Below the pieces are notes generated by a model. The model did no database searches, was not told the DNA's origin, and worked only from the letters and a program-made list of their open reading frames with translations. A program made the translations under genes and the position numbers. DNA of 63,497 nucleotides, filler included, from Reclinomonas americana ATCC 50394 (taxonomy: Eukaryota): the NCBI GenBank assembly GCA_048213135.1. It is 11 parts of 11 records of this genome, joined end to end, with 100 filler letters (N's around TTAATTAATTAA, not from the genome) between each part and the next. Parts side by side here need not be neighbours in the genome. Positions count along the whole stretch, not along the records: positions 1 to 15,656 come from AFZH01022017.1; positions 15,757 to 22,319 come from AFZH01022019.1; 9 more parts are not named here. One strand, 5' to 3'. Positions 9,972-21,403 of this stretch are shown in pieces. Each line of letters begins with the position of its first letter. Position 1 is the stretch's first letter.

Positions 9972-11027
9972 TCAGGAATGCGACTGGTCGTCGATGAACA
10001 GCGACCACACCGCCAAGAACAGCGCTGCGATCAGCGGGCCGATGACGAAGCCGTTCATGCCGATCAGCGAAAGGCCGCCGACGGTCGAAACAAGAACGAC
10101 GTAGTCCGGAAGACGCGTTCCCCTGCCGACCAGAAGCGGACGCACGAGATTGTCGACAGTGCTGATCACCAACGTGCCGATCGCGAGCAGTATGGCTCCT
10201 CTCACATAGTCGCCTGAGAGCAGCAAATATCCGGTGGCTGGCAGCCAGACCAGCGCCGCGCCGATCGCCGGCAACAAAGATAGGACCGCCATTAACACGC
10301 CCCAGAGGATCGCTCCGTCGAGGCCCAGCGCCCAAAAGGCGATTCCACCGATCGCGCCCTGCATTGCTGCAATAATGACGTTGCCTTGGATCGTCGCTTT
10401 CACGACGGACGAGAATTTGCTCAGGATGTGACTTGTGTGGCGCTTATCCAGGGGACTCCCTCTATGAAGGACCTCCGTCAGGTCAGCTCCATCGCGGAAG
10501 AAAAAAAATAGAAGATACAGCATGATGCCGAGGCTGACGAAAAGCTCCGCCGTGTTCTGCCCGAAAGTCACGGCTCCTCCTGCGACCGTTTGAGTGGCTT
10601 GCAAGAGGAAGGAGGTTAGCCGCGCTTGGATCTCTGCGAGATTGCCCAAGTTCAGCGCCGTCAGCGTATCGAGGATAAACGGAGGCATTTCGCGACGGAT
10701 TCGCGCGAGCATCGCAGCGAGATCGAGTTCTTGCGAGCTGATCCGGCCATAGAATCTGGCCGCTTCCTGCGCGAGCGACGCGAGGATCAGCGTCACTGGA
10801 ACTACGACGATGCAAACGCAGACCGCTACGCTGATCGTCGCCGCCAGATTTTGGCGTCCCCCTAACCATTTCAAGAGTCTTCGGTGCAGGGGGGTGAACA
10901 GGATCGCCAAAATGACGGCCCAGAGGACGGCGCCGTAGTAGGGGAGCAATAGCCAGATGAACGCTGCCGTCACTATGACGACGACGGCCATAAAGCTGAG
11001 CGTTTCGATCGTCCTCCTGGGTATCAT
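9972..11027 (-). CDS. AI-2E (UPF0118) family transporter
   Basis: Hydrophobic, LSLLPAIGAALVWLP, DNLVRPLLVG, STVGGLSLIGMNGFVIGPLI. Confidence 0.92.
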   Translation of the reverse strand: MIPRRTIETLSFMAVVVIVTAAFIWLLLPYYGAVLWAVILAILFTPLHRRLLKWLGGRQNLAATISVAVCVCIVVVPVTLILASLAQEAARFYGRISSQELDLAAMLARIRREMPPFILDTLTALNLGNLAEIQARLTSFLLQATQTVAGGAVTFGQNTAELFVSLGIMLYLLFFFFRDGADLTEVLHRGSPLDKRHTSHILSKFSSVVKATIQGNVIIAAMQGAIGGIAFWALGLDGAILWGVLMAVLSLLPAIGAALVWLPATGYLLLSGDYVRGAILLAIGTLVISTVDNLVRPLLVGRGTRLPDYVVLVSTVGGLSLIGMNGFVIGPLIAALFLAVWSLFIDDQSHS

Positions 11028-11289
11028 CCAGTGTTCGCCTCCAGCGCCCCAAGCTCCTCTATCGCGAACCAGACGGCATGACACGCGGCAGAAACGAAAT
11101 ACCGGAGTGATACCGATGCGCATCCTCCGGCGATCTGGAGGTCGGGTCTTCCCGGCGCGCGCAAGATCGAGGGAGGCGCGACGGCGCGCCAGTCAACCTA
11201 CCACCCTCCGACGCCTCGCCGCTCTCAGCCACGATCGGCCGCTAATTAGATTGCATGCTCATTATTTTTAAGCTACCAATGTTGAAGAC

Positions 11290-11754
11290 ATGCATAGTCC
11301 GACATTCACCCTCACTTCCAATCTGCTGTTGAGCGGCCGCCAATGGCGGAAGCTCTGCGAGGCTGCGCTTGCAGCCCATGGGATTTCCCAGGCACGGGCG
11401 GCGGTGCTGGTTTGGGCGCATCGGCTTGGCGACGGCGTCAGGCAGGTAACGCTGGCCGGTCATATCGGGATCGAAGGAACGTCGCTGGTCCGGCTCCTCG
11501 ACCAGCTCAGCGCGGCGGACCTCCTTCTTCGTCGGGACGATCCCAGCGACCGGCGTGCCAATGCGATCTGGCTCACCGCGGAAGGCGCGCGCCTCGCGGG
11601 CAAGATCGAGCAAATTCTGAACGAGTTGCGGGATCGTGTTCTGCGTGACGTGAGCCCGGCCGAGATTGCAGCCGCGCTGAAGGTGATGGATGCCATCAAC
11701 CGAGCCAGCAGCACCGAGCCAGAGGAGGCTCAGCTCCCTGAGACGGTCGCGTGA
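11290..11754 (+). CDS. MarR/SlyA family regulator
   Basis: GVRQVTLAGHIGIEGTSLVRLLDQL...DPSDRRANAIWLTAEG. Confidence 0.92.
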   Translation: MHSPTFTLTSNLLLSGRQWRKLCEAALAAHGISQARAAVLVWAHRLGDGVRQVTLAGHIGIEGTSLVRLLDQLSAADLLLRRDDPSDRRANAIWLTAEGARLAGKIEQILNELRDRVLRDVSPAEIAAALKVMDAINRASSTEPEEAQLPETVA

Positions 11755-13829
11755 CCTTTCCCACATGGCGTGACTGGCTATTTTCGGCGAAAGCCTTCGC
11801 CGCGGCGATGCTGGCCCTCTACATTGCCCTCGCCTGCGACCTGCCTCGGCCGTATTGGGCGATGACGACGGTATATGTCGTCGCCAATCCTCTATCCGGC
11901 GCGACAAACTCGAAGGCGCTCTATCGCACGCTCGGAACGCTTTTGGGCGCTTCGGCCGCGGTCGTAATTGTTCCCCTTTTCGTCAATGCGCCGGAACTCC
12001 TGACTCTCGCCGTCGCACTCTGGGCCGGGTGCCTTTGTTATCTCGCGGCTCTGGATCGGACGCCGCGCGGTTATGTCTTCATGCTCTCGGCGTATACGCT
12101 GCCGCTGGTCGCGCTGCCGAGCCTTGCCACACCGGAAAACATCTTCGATCTGGCGGTGGCCCGCAGCGAAGAGATCATTCTCGGCATCGTCTGCGCCAGC
12201 GTCGTCGGCGCAATCGTGTTTCCGGTCGGCAACGGCCCAATCTTCGACGCTCGGATCGCGAAATGGCTGCGGGACGCTGCGACCTGGGCCGACGACATCC
12301 TGCATGACCGGGCAGGACCTGCGACGCCGGTAGCCCGGCAACGGCTGGCAGCGGACGTTACCGCGCTCGATATGTTTATCGGCCAAATATCGCATAGCGC
12401 GGATACTCGCGGCCGGCTCAGATGGGCAAGAGAACTTCGCGGACGCCTGCTGCTGCTTTTGCCGATGCTGTCCTCGCTGGCTGATCGTCTGCATGCGCTG
12501 AAGCTCGAGGCAAAGGAGCTTCCCCCGGGGCTGGCTTCGGCACTGGACGAGACTGCCGACTGGATAGCGGGGCGAACCGTTGCCGGGTCGACTATGCCGG
12601 ACCGGTTGCGTTCCAGCCTCACAGCACTCCAACCCTCGCGCGAGGAACTGGGACGCTGGGAGGGCCTGCTGACCACGAGCCTTCTGTCGCGCCTGAACGA
12701 CGTCGTAGATCTCTGGCAGGATTGCCTCGTTCTGCAGAGGCTGATCGCATCGGGGCAGACTGGCGAAGCCTGGCGTCCCGCCTTCTCGCGGAATCAGCTG
12801 GTTCCCGGCACGCGCTACTATGATCATGGGCTCATCCTGTTTTCATGCGGATCGGCCGTTCTGGCTACGCTCGCGGCCGGGCTGATCTGGATCCAGAGCG
12901 GCTGGCCCGGCGGTGCCTTTTTCGTCGCGATGACGACCGTCGCCTGCTGCTTCTTCGGGTTGCTCGACCGGCCTGCGGCCGCGATGAGGACGATGGTCGT
13001 TTGGCTCGCGGTCAGCACGACCGGTGCCGCGCTCTATCTCTTCGCCGTCCTGCCGCGGATCCATGATTTCGAAATGGTGGTGCTGACGCTTGCAGTGCCT
13101 TTCCTGCTGATCGGCGCCCTCATTCCGAGGCCTCAGCTCATGCTGATCACGTTGGTGCTGGCGACCAACAGCACCGGAAGCCTGGCGTTTCAAAGTCGCT
13201 ACAGCATGGACTTCGCGGCCTATGCGAACGAGGGGCTCGCGGCGCTCGGCGGTGTTCTGTTCGCCCTGACGTGGACGCTCGTCACCAAGCCGTTCGGCGC
13301 CGAGATCGCGGCCAGACGACTCCTGCGCGCCGGCTGGTCCGATCTCGCGACGCTGGCGGAGGGAAAGCGCAAGCACGACCTGTCGGCTCTGGCCGGCCGC
13401 AATCTCGACCGCTTGAGCCAACTCGTGCCGCGCTGGAGCGTCGCTTCCCCCGATCAAGAGACCTCCGTCGACATCCTTCGCGAGATTCGCATCGGCTACA
13501 ATATCGTCGCGCTGCAACGGGACCGGCGTCTCGTCGCCGGTCGGACCCGTGACAGCATCGATACCGTCTTGAGCGGCGTGGCGACTTTCGCGCGCCAAAG
13601 CCTGTCAGCGGGGAACTTTGCCGCCGATGGGCCACGTGACCTCCGCGATAGCATCGACACGACGTTCCGGACGGTGCGCGAGCATGGGGAAGGCAGCGCG
13701 GAGCTCGATACGCTTCAGTCGCTGGTCGGCCTTCGACGTGCACTTTTTCCGCATGAAGCCGGCCCGCCGCCGGAGCCCCGGCCTCTCGACCGCCAGCAGG
13801 CTCCATTCACCTTGATGGCCGCGGAGTAG
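11751..13829 (+). CDS. FUSC / AaeB-like aromatic acid exporter
   Basis: WLFSAKAFAAAMLALYIA, PRPYWAMTTVYVV, KALYRTLGTLLGA, ARSEEIILGI. Confidence 0.92.
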   Translation: MTFPTWRDWLFSAKAFAAAMLALYIALACDLPRPYWAMTTVYVVANPLSGATNSKALYRTLGTLLGASAAVVIVPLFVNAPELLTLAVALWAGCLCYLAALDRTPRGYVFMLSAYTLPLVALPSLATPENIFDLAVARSEEIILGIVCASVVGAIVFPVGNGPIFDARIAKWLRDAATWADDILHDRAGPATPVARQRLAADVTALDMFIGQISHSADTRGRLRWARELRGRLLLLLPMLSSLADRLHALKLEAKELPPGLASALDETADWIAGRTVAGSTMPDRLRSSLTALQPSREELGRWEGLLTTSLLSRLNDVVDLWQDCLVLQRLIASGQTGEAWRPAFSRNQLVPGTRYYDHGLILFSCGSAVLATLAAGLIWIQSGWPGGAFFVAMTTVACCFFGLLDRPAAAMRTMVVWLAVSTTGAALYLFAVLPRIHDFEMVVLTLAVPFLLIGALIPRPQLMLITLVLATNSTGSLAFQSRYSMDFAAYANEGLAALGGVLFALTWTLVTKPFGAEIAARRLLRAGWSDLATLAEGKRKHDLSALAGRNLDRLSQLVPRWSVASPDQETSVDILREIRIGYNIVALQRDRRLVAGRTRDSIDTVLSGVATFARQSLSAGNFAADGPRDLRDSIDTTFRTVREHGEGSAELDTLQSLVGLRRALFPHEAGPPPEPRPLDRQQAPFTLMAAE

Positions 13830-13835
13830 AAGCGC

Positions 13836-14045
13836 ATGCCTCCCGAGTTGGACGTCTACGGCGTCTTCGTTCCCAGCTTCTTCGTCATTGCGATCATCGC
13901 CTACGTCTTGACCCAGGCGCTGATCGGCGTGCTCGCACGCACCGGCTTCTACAGGCTCGTCTGGCACAGGGCGCTGCTCAACATCGCCCTCTATGTCTGC
14001 ATCGTCGGTGCACTGTTCTCCGCTTCCCAATGGCTTTCATCATGA
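13836..14045 (+). CDS. DUF1656 (AaeX-like) small membrane protein
   Basis: ELDVYGVFVP...YRLVWHRALLNIALY; position between FUSC and HlyD genes. Confidence 0.9.
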   Translation: MPPELDVYGVFVPSFFVIAIIAYVLTQALIGVLARTGFYRLVWHRALLNIALYVCIVGALFSASQWLSS

Positions 14046-14967
14046 AGACTTATCTGGTCCTGGCCGGCCGCGTGCTGATTACCCTCGCCGTCGTCGCCGC
14101 ATCGGCGACCGTCGGCCGTGGGCTCTGGAATCATTACATGAACGAGCCGTGGACACGCGATGCGCGGGTTCGCGCCGACGTGATCAGCGTCGCTCCCGAC
14201 GTTTCCGGTCTGGTCAGCGAGGTCTCCGTCCGAGACAATCAATCAGTCGGCAAAGGTGATCTGCTGTTTCGCGTCGACAGCGAGCGTTTCAGAATCGCCC
14301 TGGATCAGTCCGAGGCTGCGTTGGCCAGTCGCGTCGCTGCGCTCGAACAAGCGAGGCGCGACGTCGACCGCTACCAGCAGCTGAAAGAGGTAGTTTCGCG
14401 CAAGAGCAAGGAAGAGGCCGAGACGGCGTTGGCACAGGCAGAAGCCGACCATCGGAAGGCGCTGAGCGACCGGGCGCTCGCCAAGCTCAATCTCGACAGG
14501 TCGGAGGTCCGAGCGGCGGCAAACGGCATCGTCACCAATTTGAGCCTTCAGGCCGGAGACTATGTGGCGAGCGGCAAAGCGGTCGTTGCTTTGGTGGACA
14601 CCGATACCCTGCATGTCGAGGGCTATTTCGAGGAAACCAAGCTGCCCCGTATCCAGGTCGGTGCCCCGGTCACACAACGTTGATGGGACAGGCGGGCCGT
14701 CTACAGGGACGGGTGACAAGCATCGCGGCGGCTATCGAGGACAGGGAAAGGGTTGCGGGCAATGGCTTGCTCGCGAACATCAATCCCACTTTCACCTGGG
14801 TCCGTCTCGCTCAGCGTGTGCCTGTCCGCATCGAGGTCACCGAACCTGCAAGAGAGCACCGGCTGATCGCAGGGCTGACGGCGACCGTCGAGATCGGGCC
14901 GCGTGAGGAGGTTTCAGCGCAAGCCGCCATTTCGTCTTCCTCGACGGATCGAGCGATCGCGAGATGA
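14042..14967 (+). pseudogene. HlyD/AaeA-like adaptor split by a frameshift near 14672-14683 (pseudogene or sequencing error)
   Basis: PWTRDARVRAD...GYFEETKL in ORF 14042-14683; C-terminal LANINPTFTWVRLAQRVPVRI in a different frame (14680-14967). Confidence 0.8.
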
Positions 14968-15656
14968 CAGGCGGCGCTCACGGGATAGACCGTCAGACGC
15001 CGATCGGCAGCCAACCTCCCGCGGCGCCCCTCTGGCTGCTTGCCCTGATGACCTTCAGCGGAACGCTGGCCATGCACATCTTCGTGCCGGCTCTGCCAAT
15101 CGCCGCAGCGGGGCTGCAGGCTAAGCCCGGCACGATGCAGCTCACCGTCAGCCTCTATATCGTCGGGCTTGCCGTCGGACAGCTCTTCTACGGTCCGCTG
15201 TCAGATCGCTTCGGGCGCAGGCCAGTCCTGATTGGCGGACTCGCTCTCTACGCCGCAGCCGGTCTGGCCGCAGCATTGGCGCCCAACGCTATCATGCTGA
15301 TTGGGGCGCGGCTGCTGCAGGCGTTCGGCGGCTGCGCCGGACTGGTCCTCGGGCGCGCGATCGTCCGCGATACGGCAATGCCGCAGGAGACCGCTCGGCG
15401 CCTGGCGCTGATGAACCTGATGGTGACGGTCGGCCCCGGACTCGCACCTCTGATTGGCGCTCTGCTCGCGTCCACCCTGGGCTGGCGTTCGATCCTCTAC
15501 GCGCTCGCGGCCTTTGGAATCGCCAACTTGCTTTGCGCCTGGTTTCTGTTGCCCGAGACCGGGAGGCGCGACGGGTATCGCCCGGGCACCGTCCTGACCA
15601 GCTACCGCAAGCTCCTCGCGTCTCCCGTCTTTCTCGGCTACGCCATTGGCGGCGGC
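14964..15656 (+). CDS. Bcr/CflA-type MFS drug efflux transporter, 3' truncated by gap
   Basis: MHIFVPALP, GQLFYGPLSDRFGRRPVL (MFS motif A), GARLLQAFGG. Confidence 0.92.
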
Positions 15657-15756
15657 NNNNNNNNNNNNNNNNNNNNNNNNNNNNNNNNNNNNNNNNNNNN
15701 TTAATTAATTAANNNNNNNNNNNNNNNNNNNNNNNNNNNNNNNNNNNNNNNNNNNN
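15657..15756. other. Artificial linker/gap
   Basis: 44 N + TTAATTAATTAA (stops in all six frames) + 44 N. Confidence 0.99.
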
Positions 15757-15757
15757 C

Positions 15758-18700
15758 ATCCTCACCGCGCTAGCCGGAGCCCTCGCGCTGACGCGTATCC
15801 CCGTCGCCCAGCTTCCGGACATCGTCCCGCCCCAGGTCCGCGTGACGGCGATGTATCCCGGCGCCTCTGCCGAGGTCGTCGAGTCGACCGTCGGACAGCC
15901 CATCGAATCGAAGGTGATCGGCGTCGACAAGATGCTCTATATGAAGAGCACGAGCGGCAACGACGGTTCCTACAATCTCACCGTCAGTTTCGGCCTTGGC
16001 ACGAATGCCGACATCAACACCGTCAACGTGAACAATCGCGTCCAGACGGCCCTCTCGCAGCTTCCCGCAGAGGTGCGCGCCCTCGGGCTCACCGTCCAGA
16101 AGCAGTCTTCTTCTATCCTCCAATTCATCGCCGTCTCCAGCCCGGGGCAAAAGTTCGACACGCTGTTCATGACGAACTACGCCACGATCAACGTGCTCGA
16201 CGAGTTGTCGCGCACGGCAGGCGTCGGATCGGTGCTCTTGTTCAGCCGCATGAACTACTCCATGCGGATCTGGTTCGACGTCGACCGGCTTTCCAGCCTT
16301 GGAATGACGCCGTCAGACGTCGTCCGCGCGATCCAAAGCCAGAGCGTGCAGGCGCCGGTGGGCCGCATCGGTGCGCGCCCCGTTCCCGAGGATCAGCGCT
16401 TTCAGTTCAACGTTCAGACACAGGGACGCCTTACGACGCCCGCCGAGTTCGGCTCGATTGTTCTGCGAGCGAACGCGGACGGTTCCGTGTTGCGCGTCAG
16501 CGACGTTGCTCGCGTCGAGCTCGGAGCGCAGAACGAAGACGCCGAGAGCCGTGTCAACGGTGATCCCGCGGTCGGCGTCGCGATCTTTCTGTCGCCCGGC
16601 GCCAACGCACTGGCGACCGGCGAAGCGATCCGTCAGAAGCTCTCAGCCCTCAAGACCCGCTTTCCCGAGGGCTTGACCGCCAGAATCATCTTCGACTCGA
16701 CGGAATTCGTAAACGACACGATCGACGCGGTGATCCACACGCTGCTCGAAGCGTTCGTACTCGTCGCGATTGTCGTCTTCATCTTCCTGGGCAACCTGCG
16801 CGCGACCATCGTCCCGATCATCGCGGTTCCGGTCAGTCTGGTCGGAACCTTCGCGGCGATGCTGGCGCTCGGCTATTCCGCCAACACGGTCTCGCTTCTC
16901 GCGCTCGTCCTCGCGATCGGCATCGTCGTCGACGATGCGATCGTGGTTGTCGAGAACGTCGAGCGCGTGATGGAGGAGGAGCCGGAGCTCAGCCCAGCCG
17001 ATGCGACCAAGAAGGCGATGGCGCAGGTAACCGCCCCGATCATCGCCATCACGTTGGTGCTCCTCTCAGTCTTCGTGCCGATCGGCTTCATTCCGGGCAT
17101 ATCCGGCGAGCTCTTCCGCCAGTTCGCCGTCACCATCGCCGTGTCCATGCTGATCTCGGCCGTGAACGCCCTCACCTTGTCGCCCGCACTATGCGCCGTA
17201 TTCCTGCGGCACGGCGGTCCCAAACGAGGTGTGATGGGTTGGATCAGCCGGCGAATCGACGGCGTTCGCGACGGCTACGCCTGGATCGTGCGCAAGACGC
17301 TCAGGCTCTCGATCCTTTCCATCGTCATCGTAATCGGCTGCGGCGTGGGTATCGCCGGTCTCAGTTCGATCACGCCGACAGGCTTCCTGCCGGAGGAGGA
17401 TCAGGGCGCCTTCTTCGTCAACGTTCAATTGCCGGACGGCGCGTCGGTGGCTCGAACCGCCGAAACCGTCAAGTCGGTGGAGAAGATCCTCGCCGGCATG
17501 CCTCAGGTCCAGGACGTCGGCGCCGTCGTCGGCTATTCGTTGCTGGACAGCTTTGCGGCCAGCAACAGCGCTTTCGTCATCGCCAAGCTCAAACCATTCG
17601 CGGATCGCAAGGCCGCGACGGACAAGGCGCAAGTGCTGATCGCCCAGATGTTTGGCGCTGCACAGCAGATTCGGACCGCTTTTGTGCTGCCGTTCAATCT
17701 ACCGCCCGTGGTCGGTCTGTCGACCGGCGGCGGCTTCGAACTCATGCTCGAATCGCTTGAGGGCGCTGAGCCTGCTTCGCTCGGCAGCCTCACGAACGGC
17801 TTGGTCGCCGCGGGAAATCAGAATCCAAAGCTCAGCCGAGTTTTCACGACCTACGGGGCCAACGCGCCGTCGCTCTTCCTCGACATCGACCGCGAGAAGG
17901 CCCAGGCCCTCGGCGTCGGCATCGGCGACATTTTCGCGGCCCTGCAGACCACCCTCGGCGGCTCGTACATCAACGACTTCAATCTGTTCGGCCGGACCTG
18001 GCAGGTCAATCTTCAGGGCGACGCGTCCAACCGCCGGGATATTCCTGCCCTCTGGGACATCTATGTCCGGAACAGCGCCGGTACGATGGTTCCGCTGGAG
18101 GCCATCGCCGAGTTGCGCACCGTGACAGGCCCTGCCGTCATCACGCGCTACAACAACTACCGCGCCGTCACAATCAACGGATCGCCGGCGCCCGGCGTCT
18201 CGTCCGGTGAGGCCATGAAGGCCATGGCGGAAGTTGCGAAGAAAACCCTGCCCCCAGGATACGCGATCGAGTGGACCGGCACCGCCTATCAGGAGCAGCA
18301 AGCGGAAGGGCAGACGACGATCATCCTCGGGCTGGCCCTACTGTTCGCCTATCTCTTCCTGGTTGCGCTTTACGAAAGCTGGACGATTCCGATTCCGGTC
18401 CTCCTGTCGGTCTCGATCGGCATTCTGGGCGCTTTCGCCGGGGTGATCGTCGCCCGGCTCACGCTGGATCTCTATGCCCAGATCGGCCTGGTCGTGCTCA
18501 TCGCGCTGGCCGCCAAAAACGGCATCCTGATCGTGGAGTTCGCCAAGGAGCAGCGCGAGCACGGCCTCGGCATCCGCGAGGCCGCCGAGCTCGGCGCGAA
18601 GCTGCGCTTTCGGGCAGTGATCATGACCTCGATCGCGTTCATCCTCGGCCTGGTGCCGTTGGTCTGGGCGGACGGCGCATCGATGATGGCCCGTCGCAAC

Positions 18701-18865
18701 GTCTCCACGCCGGTCTTCGTCGGGATGACCGCGGCGAGCACTCTCGGGATTTTCCTGATCCCGATGCTTTACGTCACCTTCCAGGCCGCCCGTGAAAAAC
18801 TGAAGGCGAGGTTCGGAAAGGCCTCTTCCGGCGCGCATCAATCCGACGCTGTCGCCAAGGTGTGA
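15758..18865 (+). CDS. HAE1-type RND efflux permease (AcrB/MexB/MexF-like), 5' truncated
   Basis: Frame open from the gap: [54 protein letters not shown]. Confidence 0.95.
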   Translation: MLTALAGALALTRIPVAQLPDIVPPQVRVTAMYPGASAEVVESTVGQPIESKVIGVDKMLYMKSTSGNDGSYNLTVSFGLGTNADINTVNVNNRVQTALSQLPAEVRALGLTVQKQSSSILQFIAVSSPGQKFDTLFMTNYATINVLDELSRTAGVGSVLLFSRMNYSMRIWFDVDRLSSLGMTPSDVVRAIQSQSVQAPVGRIGARPVPEDQRFQFNVQTQGRLTTPAEFGSIVLRANADGSVLRVSDVARVELGAQNEDAESRVNGDPAVGVAIFLSPGANALATGEAIRQKLSALKTRFPEGLTARIIFDSTEFVNDTIDAVIHTLLEAFVLVAIVVFIFLGNLRATIVPIIAVPVSLVGTFAAMLALGYSANTVSLLALVLAIGIVVDDAIVVVENVERVMEEEPELSPADATKKAMAQVTAPIIAITLVLLSVFVPIGFIPGISGELFRQFAVTIAVSMLISAVNALTLSPALCAVFLRHGGPKRGVMGWISRRIDGVRDGYAWIVRKTLRLSILSIVIVIGCGVGIAGLSSITPTGFLPEEDQGAFFVNVQLPDGASVARTAETVKSVEKILAGMPQVQDVGAVVGYSLLDSFAASNSAFVIAKLKPFADRKAATDKAQVLIAQMFGAAQQIRTAFVLPFNLPPVVGLSTGGGFELMLESLEGAEPASLGSLTNGLVAAGNQNPKLSRVFTTYGANAPSLFLDIDREKAQALGVGIGDIFAALQTTLGGSYINDFNLFGRTWQVNLQGDASNRRDIPALWDIYVRNSAGTMVPLEAIAELRTVTGPAVITRYNNYRAVTINGSPAPGVSSGEAMKAMAEVAKKTLPPGYAIEWTGTAYQEQQAEGQTTIILGLALLFAYLFLVALYESWTIPIPVLLSVSIGILGAFAGVIVARLTLDLYAQIGLVVLIALAAKNGILIVEFAKEQREHGLGIREAAELGAKLRFRAVIMTSIAFILGLVPLVWADGASMMARRNVSTPVFVGMTAASTLGIFLIPMLYVTFQAAREKLKARFGKASSGAHQSDAVAKV

Positions 18866-19536
18866 GGGAGGCTCAAGGCATGCGCCTCGACGTCGATCGA
18901 TTCGGAAAGCAACTGCGAAAATGCGGTTTGGTCTGGAAGGCGGACATGGCTGCCTTCCTTCATCGACAGCGCCATTCGTCGAAGGACAGGTTCCATCGGC
19001 CAGGTGACGGAACTCGAATCATCTTTCTTGGCGCGCTGCTGGTAATCTTTGGCGCACTTGCCCTGCTGGATCTTGCGCGGCCCGGCGCCATACCAGACGG
19101 ATTCTCTGGAGGCTCTGCGATCTTCGGCGGGGCGGCCCTTAGCTTCTTCATCACAAAGATCGCGCGCACGAGCATCTATCCAGATTGGCTTCTGAGCGGA
19201 GCGTCCTATTCCGTAGCCGGCATGATCTTGGCTGCTGATCAGAACCTTGCGCACGTCTCGTCTCTGCTCGGCTTCCTGACCTCCATAGCGGCCGCAGGCG
19301 GATTGCGCGTCTGGATCGGTGCGACCGCGTCGCCAGAACGCGGTGCGGCATGGCTCTCGACTGCCGGCGTCTTCTGCCTGTTCAGCGCGAGCTGGGTTCT
19401 CCTCGTCTGGCTCGTCGGGCCGCCGCCTTCGAATATTGGACCTTCTGCCAACCCAGCTCTCGTACTTTCCCTGGACACGATAGCCCTGGGCGTTTCGATG
19501 GCCGGTTTTGGCAGCTCAATAAAGGAAAGAACGTGA
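18862..19536 (+). CDS. Membrane protein, HdeD/DUF308-like (start uncertain)
   Basis: Several hydrophobic helices, [22 protein letters not shown]...GAAWLSTAG pattern. Confidence 0.5.
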   Translation: MREAQGMRLDVDRFGKQLRKCGLVWKADMAAFLHRQRHSSKDRFHRPGDGTRIIFLGALLVIFGALALLDLARPGAIPDGFSGGSAIFGGAALSFFITKIARTSIYPDWLLSGASYSVAGMILAADQNLAHVSSLLGFLTSIAAAGGLRVWIGATASPERGAAWLSTAGVFCLFSASWVLLVWLVGPPPSNIGPSANPALVLSLDTIALGVSMAGFGSSIKERT

Positions 19537-19545
19537 AAAGAATTA

Positions 19546-20445
19546 ATGGATGAATTGAGCGAGTTTAATCTACGAATTGAGACAATCAGGAAGCTGAAAA
19601 TGCCATTAAGGACGATATCGATCTTTTTCGATGAGAAATCGTTCTCGAAGAATTTGATTGATTACGCGTTAGGTATCGCAGTTCAGCATAAGGCGCATGT
19701 CGCGGGAATATTTGTGAAGCCATTCGATTGGCCGTACGAACCGCACGAATCCTATGTCCGCGGCCGGGAGGCGATACGGGCATTAATCGAACATTACGAG
19801 ACGCAAGAAGGGCTGGCCGCTGACGTCGCAAGCGCCCGGTTTCAAGCCGCGGCCGAGCGCCACGGCGTCGGTTTCGAGTTTAGAACCCTGCGCGGAGTCG
19901 ATGCTGGCGACGAAGCTGCTCTGCACTCGCTTCATGCTGATCTGGTGATTGTCGGTCACGCTTGGCCGGGCAAGCTTCCGGGTAGTTGGTCGGCCGTTTC
20001 AATGTTGCTGGGAAGCGGAGTGCCCTTTCTGATCGTGCCAGAAGGCTGGAGCGCAAAAACGACACCAACGAATGTGACGCTCGCATGGAATGCCAGCCGA
20101 GTTGCCCGACGGGCGATAGCCGATGCCATGCCGTTGTTGAGCGCTGCTCAGTCGGTGCGCGTGGTCGTCGTGAATCCGGAAACGAACCCCTTGTACGGCG
20201 CGGCCCCAGGAGCAGATATCGCCCTCCTGCTCGCCCGTCAGGATATTAATGTCACCGTGCAGCAGCTTCAGACCGCGCCGGGGAAATCTGTCGCGGATGC
20301 TATATCCGCCGACGCCGATGAGAACGGTTCGGATCTGATCGTGATCGGCGCCTACGGCCATTCCCGGTCACGTGAACTCTTTCTCGGTGGCGTGACGCGT
20401 TCTTTGCTAAAGAGTGCGACGGTTCCTCTGTTGATCGCGCACTGA
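19546..20445 (+). CDS. Universal stress protein (tandem USP domains)
   Basis: HADLVIVG, LAWNASRVARRAIADAMPLL, DLIVIGAYGHSRSRELFLGGVTRSLL...PLLIAH; alternative start 19600. Confidence 0.93.
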   Translation: MDELSEFNLRIETIRKLKMPLRTISIFFDEKSFSKNLIDYALGIAVQHKAHVAGIFVKPFDWPYEPHESYVRGREAIRALIEHYETQEGLAADVASARFQAAAERHGVGFEFRTLRGVDAGDEAALHSLHADLVIVGHAWPGKLPGSWSAVSMLLGSGVPFLIVPEGWSAKTTPTNVTLAWNASRVARRAIADAMPLLSAAQSVRVVVVNPETNPLYGAAPGADIALLLARQDINVTVQQLQTAPGKSVADAISADADENGSDLIVIGAYGHSRSRELFLGGVTRSLLKSATVPLLIAH

Positions 20446-21068
20446 CTAACACTCTGCATTGTCTGAACGCGATTTCCCTTCTCGCCTGATTTGATCGCCG
20501 AGGTTCTGGGTGGCTGCGACGAACGCGGACTGAACGCGTCGTGGTTGCCCTCGTCTGGGGAGGGCATCAGCATAGGGCTCTACATCAACCAGCCCTCCCG
20601 GGTTGGCGGCCCAAAACGCATTTTCATCGCGAGCGCAACGCCGCAGCTTTTCTCTTGTCGCGATCTTGATCGAGATCCTGTCACGGTCAGATATCCACCG
20701 GCGACGGATACAAAGTGCTGAATGAGCTCCGGCCGGCTCGACGGCAAGAACGGATTTTGCAATCCTATGATCGTCAAAGGACTAGCCCTCGTTTTCTATC
20801 AGCTGAGGACCGCGCAGGCGTCGTAATGTCAGCTAAGCCGGAAGCACCGTCTGCCGATCCTCGGAAGCAGATAGCTGATTCGAAAGGGGGGCGGCGTTCG
20901 ACAAGCTCGACAAAAGAGGCCGTTCGCGAAGGGGCTGGCGTCGGACTGGCCAGTTCCCAGCAGGCGACTTCGAATTCAGTCGCCGAATGGAATTTTAGCA
21001 GTGCTATTAAAATATTCCATCTCGGTCATAGTCGACCAGCCCCATTTGGTGGAACCAGCTTCCTTCCA

Positions 21069-21374
21069 ATGCCTCCAGGCAACCCGGTTCCCGGCTATGT
21101 CTGCCAGGCGGCTCGTATTCTGCTGAACGTCTCGCAAGCATGGCTTTGGGAACGTGCCAAGGTTTCTCGGAAGACGATCAATGATTTCGAGAATGGCTTC
21201 TCTTCGCCGAAGCTCTTGTTGAACCATCGAATTAGGCGGGCATTGGAAGAAGCAGGCGCGCAGTTCGTCTTTGGTGAAGACCTGGTCGGCGTCGTCGTCT
21301 ACTCCTCAAAAAGCGAAGCTGCTCAGAGAGCGCGTTCAGACAAGCTCCGTGGAAATGACAGCCCGGCGCGTTAA
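21069..21374 (+). CDS. XRE-family HTH regulator (start uncertain)
   Basis: CQAARILLNVSQAWLWERAKVSRKTINDFENG...IRRALEEAGAQF, typical small alphaproteobacterial XRE. Confidence 0.8.
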   Translation: MPPGNPVPGYVCQAARILLNVSQAWLWERAKVSRKTINDFENGFSSPKLLLNHRIRRALEEAGAQFVFGEDLVGVVVYSSKSEAAQRARSDKLRGNDSPAR

Positions 21375-21387
21375 CCATATTTCGCAG

Positions 21388-21403
21388 AAATTGTAGACAA
21401 TTT
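21388..21403. promoter_or_regulatory. AT-rich palindrome, candidate operator
   Basis: AAATTGTagACAATTT in the AT-rich stretch after the XRE gene and upstream of the protease module. Confidence 0.45.

Noticed and set aside
9970..10335. N-terminal extension of the P-type ATPase to 1075 aa
   Set aside because: It overlaps the AI-2E gene in another frame; the start at 9969 fits the operon.
15701..15712. TTAATTAATTAA repeated ten times as a biological repeat or piggyBac-type target site
   Set aside because: Always centred in an identical 100-bp N spacer; it is a six-frame stop linker. ORFs ending in X-runs are artefacts.
2200..18841. Many long alternative-frame and antisense ORFs
   Set aside because: Shadow ORFs expected in high-GC coding DNA; each overlaps a well-supported gene.
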